From the NCBI GenBank assembly GCA_964016885.1, contig OZ024742.1, forward strand, positions 263,748,001-263,812,000: a stretch of 64,000 nucleotides of DNA. Reading direction: 5' to 3'. This DNA is from Eledone cirrhosa (Eukaryota). The position numbers were made by a program, and so were the translations under genes. Numbering within the stretch: position 1 is the first letter of the stretch; the number at the start of each line of letters is the position of its first letter. Below the pieces are notes generated by a model. It was given only the letters and a program-made list of their open reading frames with translations, ran no database searches and had not been told where the DNA came from. Shown here in pieces: positions 27,842 to 41,136 of this stretch.

Positions 27842-27881
27842 TGTATGTATGTATGTATGTATGTATGTATGTATGTATTAT

Positions 27882-28489
27882 GTCAGGTCACCAGTTGGTG
27901 CTACTGGTAACATGTATTCCAGTACAACCTGTCCCATGGTCGGGTCGTTGGCGACTAAACTGGCAACCCCACCAAGGTTTCTTGGTGAGGAGGGTGACTT
28001 TGGACATCCTGCAGGACTAAAAACAAAACCTGTCAAAAGGCAAAGGAGCTCTTAAGAGTCAATGGCCATCCAAAATCACCGGGAGAGATGACCCCTTAGC
28101 CTTTGTCAAGGCAGAATTCTAGGAGAGGGAAAACTCTGATATAACACCTGCAACCCTGATGGTATCCAATGATGTTGACTTGTTCTTCTTTTTGGTAAAT
28201 ATCATCTTGGTTAAGAGAGTGGGACTGGCTTTGTGCAGTGCCTTTGCTCACTATAAAAGCTTCACGGCACAGGCATTGCTTTATATCTGGAGATCTCTCT
28301 GCATTTGTCGTCACATGGTACCATGGGCCCAGCACTATGTGTCAATAATTGTCACAAGTGTAGTGTTTGTACCAGAGCTTTCAAGTCGCTGGCTGGACTA
28401 AAAAGTCACACTCGTTCAGCGCATCAGTAGGGGTTCTCCTACATGGATATAAAGTAGTGGCCGTACTCGAAAACGAGTTGGCAGCCACC
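27882..28489 (+). mobile_element. RTE-derived ~610-bp retroposon, full length
   Basis: Same start (gtcag.tcacc) and end (gcagccacc + (ATGT)n) as 16389. Confidence 0.9.
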
Positions 28490-28516
28490 ATGTATGTATG
28501 TATGTATGTATGTATG

Positions 28517-29085
28517 TGATATTTACCAAAAAGAAGAACAAGTCAACATCATTGGATACCATCAGGGTTGCAGGTGTTATATCAGAGTTTTCCTTCTCCT
28601 AGAATTCTGCCTTGACAAAGGCTAAGGGGTCATCTCTCCCAGTGATTTTGGATGGCCATTGACTCTTAAGAGCTCCTTTGCCCTTTGACATGTTTTGTTT
28701 TTAGTCCTGCAGGATGTCCAAAGTCACCCTCCTCACCAAGAAACCTTGGTGGGGTTGCCAGTTTAGTCGCCAAAGACCCGACCATGAGAGGTAAATATCA
28801 TCTTGGTTAAGAGAGTGGGACTGGCTTTGTGCAGTGCCTTTGCTCACTATAAAAGCTTCACGGCACAGGCATTGCTTTATATCTGGATCTCTCTCTGCAC
28901 TTGTCGTCACATGGTACCAAAGGCAAAGCACTATGTGTCAATAATTGTCACAAGTGTAGTGTTTGTACCAGAGTTTTCAAGTCGCTGGCTGGACTAAAAA
29001 GTCACACTCGTTCAGCGCATCGGTAGGGGTTCTCCTACATGGATATAAAGTAGTGGCCGTACTCGAAAACGAGTTGGCAGCCACC
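28517..29085 (+). mobile_element. RTE-derived retroposon with inverted 5' half
   Basis: 28517-28789 is the reverse complement of the 5' part; 28790-29085 is the forward 3' part plus tail. Confidence 0.9.
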
Positions 29086-29599
29086 ATGTATGTATGTATG
29101 TATGTATGTATGTATGTATGTATGTATGTATGTATGTATGTATGTATGTATGTATGTATGTATGTATGTACGTATGCATAAATGTATGTATGTACGTATA
29201 TATGAATATGTATGTATGTATGTATGTAATATCTATGCATGTATATACAAACATATGTTTGTATTTGTATACATCCAGGCATATGTATTTGAAAATTTAC
29301 GCGAGCAATTCCCTGTATGTGAGTGTGTATGTGTATGTGTGTATGTGTGTGTGTGTGTGTGTGAGCGTGTACATAGCGACAGACAGGTTTATTATTGCAG
29401 AGAACATTTTTGTATGATTTCAATCATTAGTCACGACATTGGTGTTTGACGTCATCAGAGTAAATGTGTATGAACAGTAGCCATAGTAGTGACACATGTA
29501 ACACAACTACTACAGTAACAACAATATCAATATAACACAACAACACTAACACAACAGCCACAATATAATCACATCATTGCAACAAAATCAACGTAACAA

Positions 29600-29624
29600 C
29601 AGAAACATCACATCATCATCATTG

Positions 29625-29660
<36 letters not shown>

Positions 29661-29754
29661 ACAACAACAACAACAGCAACAATACCAGTAATATAATCAT
29701 ATTAACACAACATCATCAATGACAACAACAATATTACCGTAACAACACTAACCC

Positions 29755-29800
<46 letters not shown>

Positions 29801-29805
29801 GCAAT

Positions 29806-29851
<46 letters not shown>

Positions 29852-29864
29852 GCAGCAGCAGCAG

Positions 29865-29895
<31 letters not shown>

Positions 29896-30003
29896 AACAA
29901 TAACAGCAACGGTAACCACAGCATCAACAATAACAGCAATAGCAACAACAATAGCAACAGCAACAACAACAGCAACAACAACAACATCAACATCATCAAC
30001 ATC

Positions 30004-30073
<70 letters not shown>

Positions 30074-30350
30074 GCAGCAGCAGCAGCAACAGCAACAACA
30101 ACAATAACAACAGCAACAAGAACAAGAACAACAACAACAAGAACAACAACAACAACAACAACAGCAACAACAACAATAATAATAACAATATCAATAACAG
30201 CAACAGTAACAACAGCATCAACAATAACAGCAATAGCAACAACAATAGCAATAGCAACAACAATAGCAACAACAATAGCAATAGCAACAGCAATAGCAAC
30301 AACAATAGCAACAGCAATAGCAACAGCAACAACAACAGCAACAGTAATAT
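29600..30350. repeat. (CAT)n/(CAA)n/(CAG)n compound triplet tract
   Basis: Seen directly; poly-Leu ORF is an artefact. Confidence 0.95.
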
Positions 30351-30969
30351 GATCACATCAGCAACTCACAAATAACAAACATCAATATAACAGCATCATC
30401 ACAACACCAGCGCATCTTTGGGGACTCAACAGCAACTATAGTAACAACTTCAGGAAGACAACATAGTAAGACAGTTATAGCAACATCACCGTAAGCGGCG
30501 TGACAGTAATATTGCTACAGTAGCACAGTGGAAGTACATCATCATCAGCACAACACAGATAAAAAGACAGGTACACAACAAAAGTTACCCAATAGTACAG
30601 CTGTGTGGTAGCAACGCCAAACAACAGGCTAAAAGCAGATGAACAACAAAGATGTACAGCAGATGCACAACAATAGCTGCACAACATCACCAGAAAGCAG
30701 AACATCTGTACAGTAACAGGAAAAACTGTTCTACCGCAACAGAACAGCACCACAAAAACTGAAGAACAGAATACCAGCATCATCATGATAGTACAGGAGC
30801 CGCCTACATCGTAGGAGACTGTATATAATTTTTATGATTTATATAACGTATACAACGTGCGTGTATATATATCATATATATATACATATATATATAATAT
30901 ATTAAACTTAAGCCAAAATCTCATTTGGGGGATATAAGAGACAGTTAACTTTATAGAATTATAAATTAC

Positions 30970-31027
<58 letters not shown>

Positions 31028-32169
31028 ATTTTGGGAGTGTCATTTTGATTTCACTTCAATTTATTATAAATTTCTGGTTGGTTGGTTCGATAACCGGGTA
31101 TTTGTTTATATATTGTCAAAGCTCTTTCGTCACACATTCTGTGACTTCCTCAGTGACTGTTTTTTGTGTCTCTCCTTTGTTCTGTCCTACACCATCATGT
31201 TTTTGTGTGTTGTTTGCTGTGTGCTTGGTTTGCGCATGCGTTACATCCGGGTGTGTGTGTGTTTTTATTTATTTATTTATGTGTTTATATACTTGTCACT
31301 AGTTGGTTGTTTGTTCTATCTGTGTGTGTCTGATTTGTTTATTTAGTTTGGTTTTTGTATGTCTGTATGTCTTCATTTTATCCTTAATTACTAGTTGTGA
31401 GGTTGCTATTGTTTTCTGTTTAATTTTGGTTGGAGTTCGTTTATGTTTGTGGCTTCTGTAATTTGCCTGAGCATTGCATCTTTTCTGTGTGTGGATATCA
31501 TTTTTCTTTCTATGTTCTCCAGTGTGCCCTATGTTCTATTTTGGCATGTTTATGGAGTACTAATGAGTTTTTCCCATCTTGGAGTTCTCGCCTGTGTTCA
31601 CTTATCCTTTCTCCTATGCTACGGACTGTTTCACCTATGTGTGTTGTGTTCTTATTCCTACACTGTTCCTCAGTACATCTTATGCTATATATTAAGTTTC
31701 TAGTTTTGCAGTTAGTTTGCGGACTTATCTTGTTGACTATGCATTTCCTATCAGTGCAGGGCTTCTTTGAAAAGGTTATGTTTTACTAATTAGGGTTTTA
31801 TGAGAATACCTAGTCTTTCAACTATCTTAATATTTAATTTGTGCTTGTCTAAAGTCCTTCTAGATCTGTAAGTTAGTTGTCTTTAGGGTTGTATTGACCA
31901 ACATTACCCTCTGGTATTTATTGCTATCAAACCCTGAGTTGATTTTATTTGTCTTTTTCTTAATCTTTTCTATCTATTCCAAAATTTGCTCCTATACATG
32001 GGACAAGTTCCATTTGCTCCTTTATATACTCTGATCTTGTCTCACTGATTGTAGTCAGAGAACTGCATCTACGTGTGTTTTTATTGGCAGTATGACCCTC
32101 CCAAAGTATAACAATATCTGTTTCAACACACGTTCCAGATAAGAAATCTTGCAAAACAAATTAAAAAAC

Positions 32170-32225
<56 letters not shown>

Positions 32226-32570
32226 TTTTTTATTATTTTTTATGATTTAATTTTTTAATATTATTTTTATTTATTATTTTTTAATTTTAATTTCAATTAA
32301 TTAACTTTTTAATTTTTTAATTTTATAACTTCCCACTCTCATTCCTCCGGAATTTTTTTTTCGCCTGCTTTCTAGCTAGCCTAATTTCATCCACACCCCT
32401 TAGAATTTGCTGTATAGAATTCACTTTCAACGCTTGACCGGCTCCACCTACTCCCTCATTGTTCTACAGGCAAGTTCAGCCACCACCCACCACCATGAAA
32501 GATTTAATTGTGTTTACAAGAAATTTTGACCAATCATTTTGACAACTACAATGTTCCCATATATGGAATT

Positions 32571-32664
32571 ACCCCTTGAAAAGTTCGGCTATTTATTACC
32601 ACGCTAAAAATCTAATTTATTCCAGAAATAGCCATCGAAACGGCTTGAGCTCTGCCGTCGGGGT
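32571..32664 (+). ncRNA. Decayed type I hammerhead with hairpin helix III
   Basis: acccc-ttgaaaa(core mutated)-ggctattt..aaatagcc-GAAA-cggc..gccg-TC-ggggt. Confidence 0.5.
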
Positions 32665-32976
32665 CTTGAACAATTTTCTATTACTCACTCTACTACCCTA
32701 AGTATTGAGTACTGTGGTGCGTTATGGTCCACCTGGTTCCTTACCGCACTTCCTTCGTTATATATATATATTGTTATACTTGGGGAGGGTCATATTTGTG
32801 TAATATTGCCAGAATTAATAACAGAACACACTCACTGTTTGGTTGGTTTTCGCTTCTTGCTTCTGTGTCTTTTATATCGGTAATTTAACTTACTCGGTCC
32901 TCAATGTTGCCATTGACTGACCGACGGTCAAAAATAATACAGATACAATATAGACACAAACACATATATATAGTTT

Positions 32977-33018
32977 ATCATAAATCTTTCGTTGCACATC
33001 TGCAACATCGTCAGTGGT
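32977..33018 (-). ncRNA. Minimal hammerhead ribozyme motif
   Basis: Minus strand: acca-CTGACGA-t-gttgca-gatg-tgcaac-GAAA-gattt-a-tgat. Confidence 0.65.
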
Positions 33019-33187
33019 GTTATCGTTTCCTCCTGTTGTATTATATGTCTACGCCATTTTTATTCAGTCTGTCTATATATATGAATGTATATATAGTGTA
33101 TTTTGCAATACACTGTATGCTTAATTAAAAGCAATTTGAAGACCTTACGCTATTGTTTTAAAGCAGTGACTATGCCACTTACTTCTT

Positions 33188-33279
33188 TTTTCAGCAAACA
33201 AAGCGAGATAAGCTGACAAATCTCTGTTTCGTATTGTTGGTACTTCTCAGAGCTTAGCATTCCCTTTGCCTGCTGAAAA
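33188..33279 (-). ncRNA. Type I hammerhead with long helix I (G8>A variant)
   Basis: Minus strand: ttttcagcaggcaaag..taagct-CTGAGAA-gta..tac-GAAA-ca-gagatt-tg-TC-agctta..ctttgtttgctgaaaa. Confidence 0.65.
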
Positions 33280-33322
33280 TTATGAATGTTGGATTCTTAT
33301 AGAATTCAACATTCATATAATT

Positions 33323-33404
<82 letters not shown>

Positions 33405-33562
33405 AGGTGTATTATTGGTTGGGTCAATAAATTTTTGTTAGCACTATTAAGTTCTCCACGCTTTTGTATATCTCTAATTCCATTTATGGGAACAGCTAGA
33501 TGATGTAAAACGTAGTATTTTTATCAAAATAAAGATCCGAAGGCATGGTATAAATTTCCAAT

Positions 33563-33649
33563 CATTTTAATCACGACACATGTTTCAATAAGAGATAGAT
33601 CGATCGGGTAGCCATGATCGATTATCACTGATCTCGTCAGGTGAAAATG
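33563..33649 (-). ncRNA. Type I hammerhead with long helix II
   Basis: Minus strand: cattttcac-CTGACGA-[helix with atcgatc/gatcgat]-GAAA-catgtg-TC-gtgattaaaatg. Confidence 0.7.
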
Positions 33650-33823
33650 AATTGTCTTCAAATCCTTGATATGATGGAGAAAATTAACGGTGTTCACTCA
33701 CAGAGTTTAGTCTCTCATATGAAGATCAAGCAGTCAAAACACGGCGACTGCTATCGTCTTCAGTTAGGGTCATAAAACTATCAAGTCTCTATCTCCCAAT
33801 AGCTGTAAAAGACGCTGGACATC

Positions 33824-34045
33824 AATCAAATCTGTATAATTACAGTCGGTCACAGTTAATGTGAGTGGGTACACACACACTCACACACACCGACGCGAGG
33901 TCAAAGAAAAAAAATATATATACATATACCAACATAGCATCAAATCTGTAGAACTATAGAGGGTCACAGTTAGTGTGAGTGAGTACACACACACTCACAC
34001 ACACCGACGCGAGGTCAAAGAAAAAATATAAATATACCAACATAG
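33824..34045. repeat. Direct tandem duplication, ~110 bp x2
   Basis: atcaaatctgta..ggtcacagtta..accgacgcgaggtcaaagaaaaaa..accaacatag present twice. Confidence 0.9.
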
Positions 34046-34689
34046 TATTCACCGAAAGTTAGTTTACAAAACAACAAATGTTACATTGGTCAAATCTCAA
34101 TTTGACGATGTAAATTGGAAAAATTGGGCCTACAGCAACACTATACACACGCAAGTAAGTTCAGTTCAATGTTCTGCTATACGTGTATAGATTGAATTGT
34201 AACATCCGTATCTCCAAATAGTGTATGTTATGGTATATACACATCCGTATCATCCCCCCAAAATTAAGCTCTCTATACATAACTCTACACACACTACCCT
34301 GTTTCTTTAGATGTTTTTGCCCAAGAACACAACACACAATGCAGTCCAGGAATCAAATCCACGACATTCTGATCGTAAGTCCAACACTCTTACCACTAGA
34401 ATTTACTTCCCGGATAAGATAATCGGGAGTTCAATAATTGAAAGTTGTTAAAATGTCCTTAGCGCTGGTTGTAGATATTTTCTTCTGATCTTCAAGCCAA
34501 GTAAAAAAGATTTATACACTCCAAACCCCCGGAATTCAAATGGAGAGGCTTTGTCTTAAATGATGAAATAAAAATATAGTTCAATCAACAGCGATATAGC
34601 AAACAGAATGAATAGAACTTTAGCAGAGAAGCTGGCTCATATAACGGTCAAAGATGTTGCAATGTTAGCTGCCTCAATGTATGTATGTA

Positions 34690-36134
34690 TATGACGAGAC
34701 AAATAATAATACTGCAAATAAAAAATCACCAAGGAGGTCCCTCATAAAAACATACTCATGTTATAATCCCCCGCATAACGATCTGGTAACTACTAAGCTA
34801 TCCTATCTCTTCTTCAAACTTATAGACTACTTTCCTCCAACACACACAATCTATAAAATACTAAATAAAGACACTATCCGACTATCCTATTCCACCACAG
34901 GTAACCTGGGCAATTCCATCATGAAATTGAATAACAAACGCCTCCGCAGGTATGGCAATACCAACAGCCAACGGAAACCCGGACTTAATCTGAACCCTCA
35001 GCAACATCCGCAGCCTTCAACACTGAGCAGACCGGCATCCACAAATACCAACATCTTTACGTGCATATCCAGAGCAACAACAAAACACCACAAACACTAG
35101 CACCATGGAGGTAACCACAAACTATACACGGACAAACTGCAACTGAATAAATCCCATCAATTGCTCTCTATCGGGTAAATGCTTATACAAAAATATCATT
35201 TATCAATGTGTGGTGAAATCTAAACTGGGGATATATAAATGTGGATTCCACTTCGAATATTTTCCAGAAAAGATGGTATGTGCACACCTACACATTTGAA
35301 AACCCCAGTTTAGCTGGATCCACGGCCATGGCGAAAAATATCTGGGATCTGAAACACGCTAATATTGAATATACACTACAATGGTCCGTGCTAAAATTCA
35401 CCTGTCCATACCAGAATGAAAGAAGCCCCTGAGACCTATGTTTGGCGGAGGTAATTGAAATAGTGACCGGAAAGGACCTTCTAATTCCCCGGCACGATAG
35501 GATATTTAATTGCAAACACAAGGTTCTAAAAACCTTCGCTAAATACAAAGTGAACTAGAACGAGATACGATCCCTAATACCTAGGTCTTACTATATCCCA
35601 TTTGGTACATTTCCTGTGGTATTTGAACTTTACACACCCAATGGATTCAGTAATATTCAAAACAGACCCATTTTCTTAATTTATTTCCTCCTTACCCACT
35701 CTAGCCTACTCTTAATCTCTACCTTATCTTTCTATGTCCCCCTCCTTATACATTCTCTACCCCCATATATGGTAAACATCAAAACCTTCACCTATAACAA
35801 TGGATTGATAGTGTGAAACTCTTTACCCCCACTCCCTCTCCTCTCTACTATAACACTAACTGACTGTATTTCATGCATTTTTAAACTTATTTACATTTTC
35901 TTAAACGAAAATCTCATTACTGAATTCTACGTCATAGTGAACAGTTGAATTCCACTACTATAAGCTTTCTGATGGTGTGTAATAAATAATTAAGTATTGC
36001 ATATGATTGAACAATATATATTGTAGTCAGCATATGTAGACAATTTATAATAGACACGGAAACACGTGTCAAAGCAAATCAATTCATAATCTCTTCATGC
36101 CGACGTTTTATTTTTCTTGGTGCAATACTTGCTC

Positions 36135-36136
<2 letters not shown>
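34690..36136 (+). mobile_element. Penelope-like element 3' part: GIY-YIG remnant plus pLTR with hammerhead, ending at (TA)n
   Basis: YNPPHN..IRLSYSTTGNL; CSLSGKCLYKNIIYQC; FQKRWYVH..KNIWDLK..LQWSVL; DLCLAE. Confidence 0.88.
35964..36075 (+). ncRNA. Penelope pLTR hammerhead (A9>G variant, ~80-nt helix II)
   Basis: gcttt-CTGATGG-[long stem]-GAAA with palindrome acacgtgt-C-aaagc. Confidence 0.75.
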
Positions 36137-36200
<64 letters not shown>

Positions 36201-36305
36201 AAAGTGTGGTAAGGAACCAGGTGGACCGACAGCTAGATCCGAACTCAGTTCGGATCTAGCTGTCGACACGGCCGGAGCTCAGCCGTTGGGGTCCTGACTC
36301 TTTTC

Positions 36306-36368
<63 letters not shown>

Positions 36369-36371
36369 CGC

Positions 36372-36440
<69 letters not shown>

Positions 36441-36496
36441 CGACACAGTACAATAAAAAAATATATTAGTTTAAAACTTGAAAAATAGAAAAAACG

Positions 36497-36535
36497 TCTT
36501 AACGTTTCGGACAATAGTCCTTCATCAGAAAATAG
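36497..36535 (-). ncRNA. Minimal hammerhead ribozyme motif
   Basis: Minus strand: tttt-CTGATGA-a-ggac-tatt-gtcc-GAAACGTT-aaga. Confidence 0.7.
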
Positions 36536-36713
36536 AATGAGAAATAAAACACACACGCACACACACACAGATATATATATAAAGAGATATGATCTCGCTG
36601 TAAAGAAGTACTAATACACAGTAAGAGACTGGTATTGTATAATTAATGAACATTTCCTTGTCATTTTCTATTGAGTTTAGATCATGTAAAGTACATTGTT
36701 AGAGCGAGTGAGG

Positions 36714-36805
<92 letters not shown>

Positions 36806-38582
36806 GGAGGTAATGAGTGAGAGAAAAAGAGAGAGGGGTGAGCGTCAGAGACTAACAGAGGTCTGCTAGTTTTTTTTTATATTCTAGATATACTGCATGA
36901 ATAAATTAATCTTCATGTATTTCGGGGCCCAACTAATTGAATTTTGAGAATCGTTATATAAAACATGGCTCTAACAATAGTTCTCTAGCCATGGAAAATG
37001 TGGGGACACATTGCTGGATGAAAAATAAACCCATTAAAGGGTAAAAGGGCCCTCCACACGGGGGTTCAGGGATATGCATATTCCGAGAGGAGATGGGCAC
37101 CACTAGGTTGTCTACTTATTGAAGCATAGAATGATGACGAAGTGAAACTAATGACGAAGACCCGACGCGGCCGATTACTCGATATATCAACCAAATTTAC
37201 AACAAATTACACCCCATTAAATCTGATAAAATATAGAACACATTAGATTATGGAGGCCAAGGTATACTATGTTTGAAAAAGAAAATGGGAAAGCCTTTGA
37301 TTATAGGTCTGTTTAGAGAAGTAATTAGGAACTAAGCAAAAAAAAACAAAAACAACCACAAGTGTACCCGATCAACAAGCGAGCCACTACATGGTCGCTT
37401 GACCTGCTAGAAATGGTAGTTAAATATCCCATTAAATAAGACTTTCAGCAAGTAAATGACACATTAAATAATTGTTTCTACTTTTGGCACAAGGCCATCA
37501 ATAACCCAGTACATTACTGGTACTAAATGACACATAAAATAATGCAGTTCTAACACTCTTAGAAAGGTGGGATTGCCATGCTTGGAATATCTTTGATCAT
37601 AGTTCTACTCAATCTTGGCTAACCTAAAGCTAAATAACTACAAAAACAAACAACAAAACAACAAAAACAACAAAAATCTATCACCACCACCACCACCACC
37701 ACCACCACCACCAGCGCCACCGACGCCACCACCACCACCAATAACACTAACGCCACCACTATTTGAAGCAGATTTAAACTGATTCTTTTACTGTGTTTAC
37801 TTTTATAATTAAAATCTTGACCTGTGGAAAACAAAATTAGTATAGCTTCACTGATTGATATTATAAAAAAGAAAACAATAACAACAACAGCAGCAACTGA
37901 AGCATGTTTATATCCAGATGTTGACCTTTCGATAAGGTCAATACAGTGAGAAAGAGAGTGGGAGTGAGAAAAGAGGGAGAGAATGAGGGTGAAATAGAGA
38001 TAGATAGAGAGAGAGAGAGAGAGGGAAAGAGAGAGGGAAAGAGAGAGGGAAAGAGAGATAGAGAGATAGAGAGAGAGAGGGAGAGAGGGGGGGGCTGGGA
38101 AATGGAGTAATATATGGAATTACATGGGCAGAAAAATATTCTTAGAGAAGGAAGGAGCGACAAAAAGATGAAAGTTGTCAAGAAAGATGGACCAAGAAAT
38201 ACACAAGTGGATAGAGTTGAATATGGAGTCTTGTGTATGTGTGTGTATGTGTGTATGTGTGTATTTGTGTGTGTGTGTGTACGTGTGTGTGTGTATGTAT
38301 GTGTATGTGTGTGTGTATGTGTGTATGTGTGTATGTGTATGAGAGAGAGAGAGAGAGAGAGAGGGGGAGAGAGATTGAAGGAGAGAGAGAATTAAGGAAA
38401 GGAGAAAGAAATAAAAGAAATGTTTGACAGATGTGAATACGTCGTTCTGTAGGCGACGAATTGGCAGAAGCGTTAGAGAATCGGATGAAATACTTTGCGA
38501 TATTTCTTACGGTTATTTGCATTCACAGTTCAAATCCAGACGAGGTCAATTTTCATCTTTCCGGAATCGATAAATAACACAT

Positions 38583-40447
38583 ATACCAGAATGGTTGACA
38601 TTAGCACAAACAACGCTGGTAACCAAGAACAAAGACACCCACTTAGCAAAAAAAACTACCGACCCATTGCATACCAGAACCTGATGTATAAGATGTATAC
38701 AACCTGCCTGGACCTATTTCTCCAAGATCACTGTGAAAATAACAACATCATGACAGATGAACAAGCAGCTGGAAAGAAAGGGGTTTGGGGTGTGCTGAAC
38801 AACTAATCAACAAAACCGCGATGTCGAAGGTGCGACAATTTAGGAATATGGCTGTAGTCTGTCTGGACTACAGGAAAGCGTTCGATTCTGTTCCCCACTC
38901 TTGGATGATAGAGGCCCTCCAACTTGCTAAAGTCCCAGACATTATTATCAGAGCCATAGAGAAGTTGTCTACTTCTTGGGTTACTATCCTAAAGTTAAAG
39001 ACAGAGGAGGAGGAATCTATTTTTACTAATAAAATAGAATATCACAGGGGTGTATTTCAAGGAGACAGTCTCTCTGTGCTACTATTTATTCTGTCATTAA
39101 ACTCCCTGTCTTTTCTGCTAAAGAAATGTGAAGGATACATCAGTGGCCCACAGGAGGTCAGAAATACGAACTTAACCCATTATTTATTTGTGGATGACCT
39201 GAAACTCTATGCCAAGAACATAAATGGGATGAATAAACTTCTTGACCTGGTTACAACATTCTCAAAGGATATAGGAATGGAGTTTGGCCAAGATAAATGT
39301 TCATATATGACTGTTAAGCGGGGTAAAGCTACAACCCAATCTAGCAATATTTTTATCAATCGCCTAACTGTTTCACCGATATCGGGCGAGGACTGCTACA
39401 GATACCTGAGGATAGATGAGAATATATCCTATAATGGTATTTGTTATAAGGAACGTGTAACCAGGGAATATTACACCTGATTAAGAAAAATATGGTCACC
39501 AGAACTCTCTGCGCACAATAAAACAATGGCTCACAATGTGTTTGCTGAGCCTGTCCTAACACCAACGTTTGAAATACTCGATTGCACGATAGACGAAATC
39601 CGAGCAATTGATGTTAACACTCGAAAAATTCTAAACAACACCGGGACCTTCCACATCAACAGTGACATTGACCGCCTCTACTTGAAACGTAAGCAGGGAG
39701 GTAACGGTCTAACATCAGTCCCGAGAGCATTTGAATGTCCCATCATATCCTTCCGACAACATTTACGAACCTCGAAGCGTAGGAGCCCATCTATTGAGCA
39801 ATTCTCTCTGCATGAGACAGATAAGATCATGAGAGTTGGAAAGAAACTCCTTGAAAGATACTCCCTGCATGATAATCAAAAACTCATACCCAGGGAAATT
39901 GCCCAGCAATACCACAGCGAGTCCATGGATGAAAAACTGCATGCTTATCAGCAAAAAATCATGCATGGATATGTTGCCAGGAAGCTCCAGAGTGAGAGTA
40001 ATATAGATAAACAAAGTAGTCTATCATGACCATCAACCGCTATATTGGCTCTCACTTTGAAGGATATGCTTTTGCAATCCAAGAACAGGAAATCAACACA
40101 AAATACCTCATTCACAAAATTGATAGGGATGCAGGAAAACACCTAAATATGACAAGTGCAAACTCTGCAGAATTGACATCGAAGATGTAACTCATGTCAT
40201 AAGCAGCTGTCCAAAGATGTCATCACGGTGCTATCTACCTATGAGGCATGATGTAGTGACCAAAACAGTGTACAATGCAATGCGTAGAAAAGATAGCCCC
40301 GACAATAAACACATTAAAAGCTACAGCAATGTGGAAGGCATACACATACATAATATGAAAGAGTACTGGTTGAATGTTCTAGTAAAAACCCCATTAAAAT
40401 TCAAACATAACAGTCCAGATATAATTATATGGGACAGGGAAAAGAAG
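38583..40447 (+). mobile_element. R4/Dong-like non-LTR retrotransposon: RT, CCHC and start of restriction-like endonuclease, frameshifted
   Basis: NYRPI, LDYRKAFDSVPHSW, GVFQGDSLS, FVDDLKLY, RLYLKRKQGG, NSPDIIIWD. Confidence 0.93.
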
Positions 40448-40951
40448 TGTGTGTGTGTGTGGGGAGGAGAGTCGATACACAACCATTTTAAAGGAACCTT
40501 AATTTCACGGTAAACAGAGTTTCAAATAGTATTTTAAATAAAATATATGAAAATTAGGGTTATGTGATCCCCCGTACCCCTCGCATACTCCCCCCCCCCA
40601 CAATTAAATACCCTAATTTTCTATATTAATCATATAATCTCTAACACATATATACTAAATTGCTTATGGATCTGAAACATTTGATATATTTCACTGTAGA
40701 AAACTTGTTTAAAACATCTGATGAGTAAAGATCGCAAAAACATTGTGACTTAAGACAATTGGTAGGTAGGTACCCCTCCAAAATGGTAAAATTACAACTT
40801 TTCAATATGTGTTAAATGAATTTTTTTTTAGAAAATGTATACATTTGTTAAATGATTTTCAGGTTATTTCAGAGCTAAATTGTATTATAATTTTACAAAA
40901 ATCCCTACATAAATTTAAACTGTAATAATTTAAATATATAAAATTATATAA

Positions 40952-41136
40952 CTGTTTCTACTTTTGGCACAAGGTCAGCAATAATCCCAGTGTATTACTG
41001 GTACTTTATTTTATCGACCCCGTAAGGGTGAAAGGCAAAGTTAACTTTCGCGGGATTTGAACTCAGAATGGCAAGGGCCATAACTCTTTGCTGCAAAGCA
41101 TGGCGCCAGACCCTCTACCGATACTGCCATCCACCG
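40952..41136 (-). mobile_element. SINE family A nested in the DNA transposon
   Basis: A/B boxes; TSD aaaattatataa. Confidence 0.9.

Noticed and set aside
27882-28000. HDV-like ribozyme in the head of the RTE-derived element
   Set aside because: A CUAA + P2-like pairing exists, but no consistent P1/P3/L3/P1.1 nested pseudoknot could be built
31020-32160. Possible decayed gag/ORF1-like coding region on the minus strand
   Set aside because: A-rich strand bias only; many stops and no clear motif
40718-40740. ctgatgag motifs here and inside LINE/Helitron coding sequence (18160, 52190, 54437, 60459)
   Set aside because: No downstream GAAA with helices; chance matches
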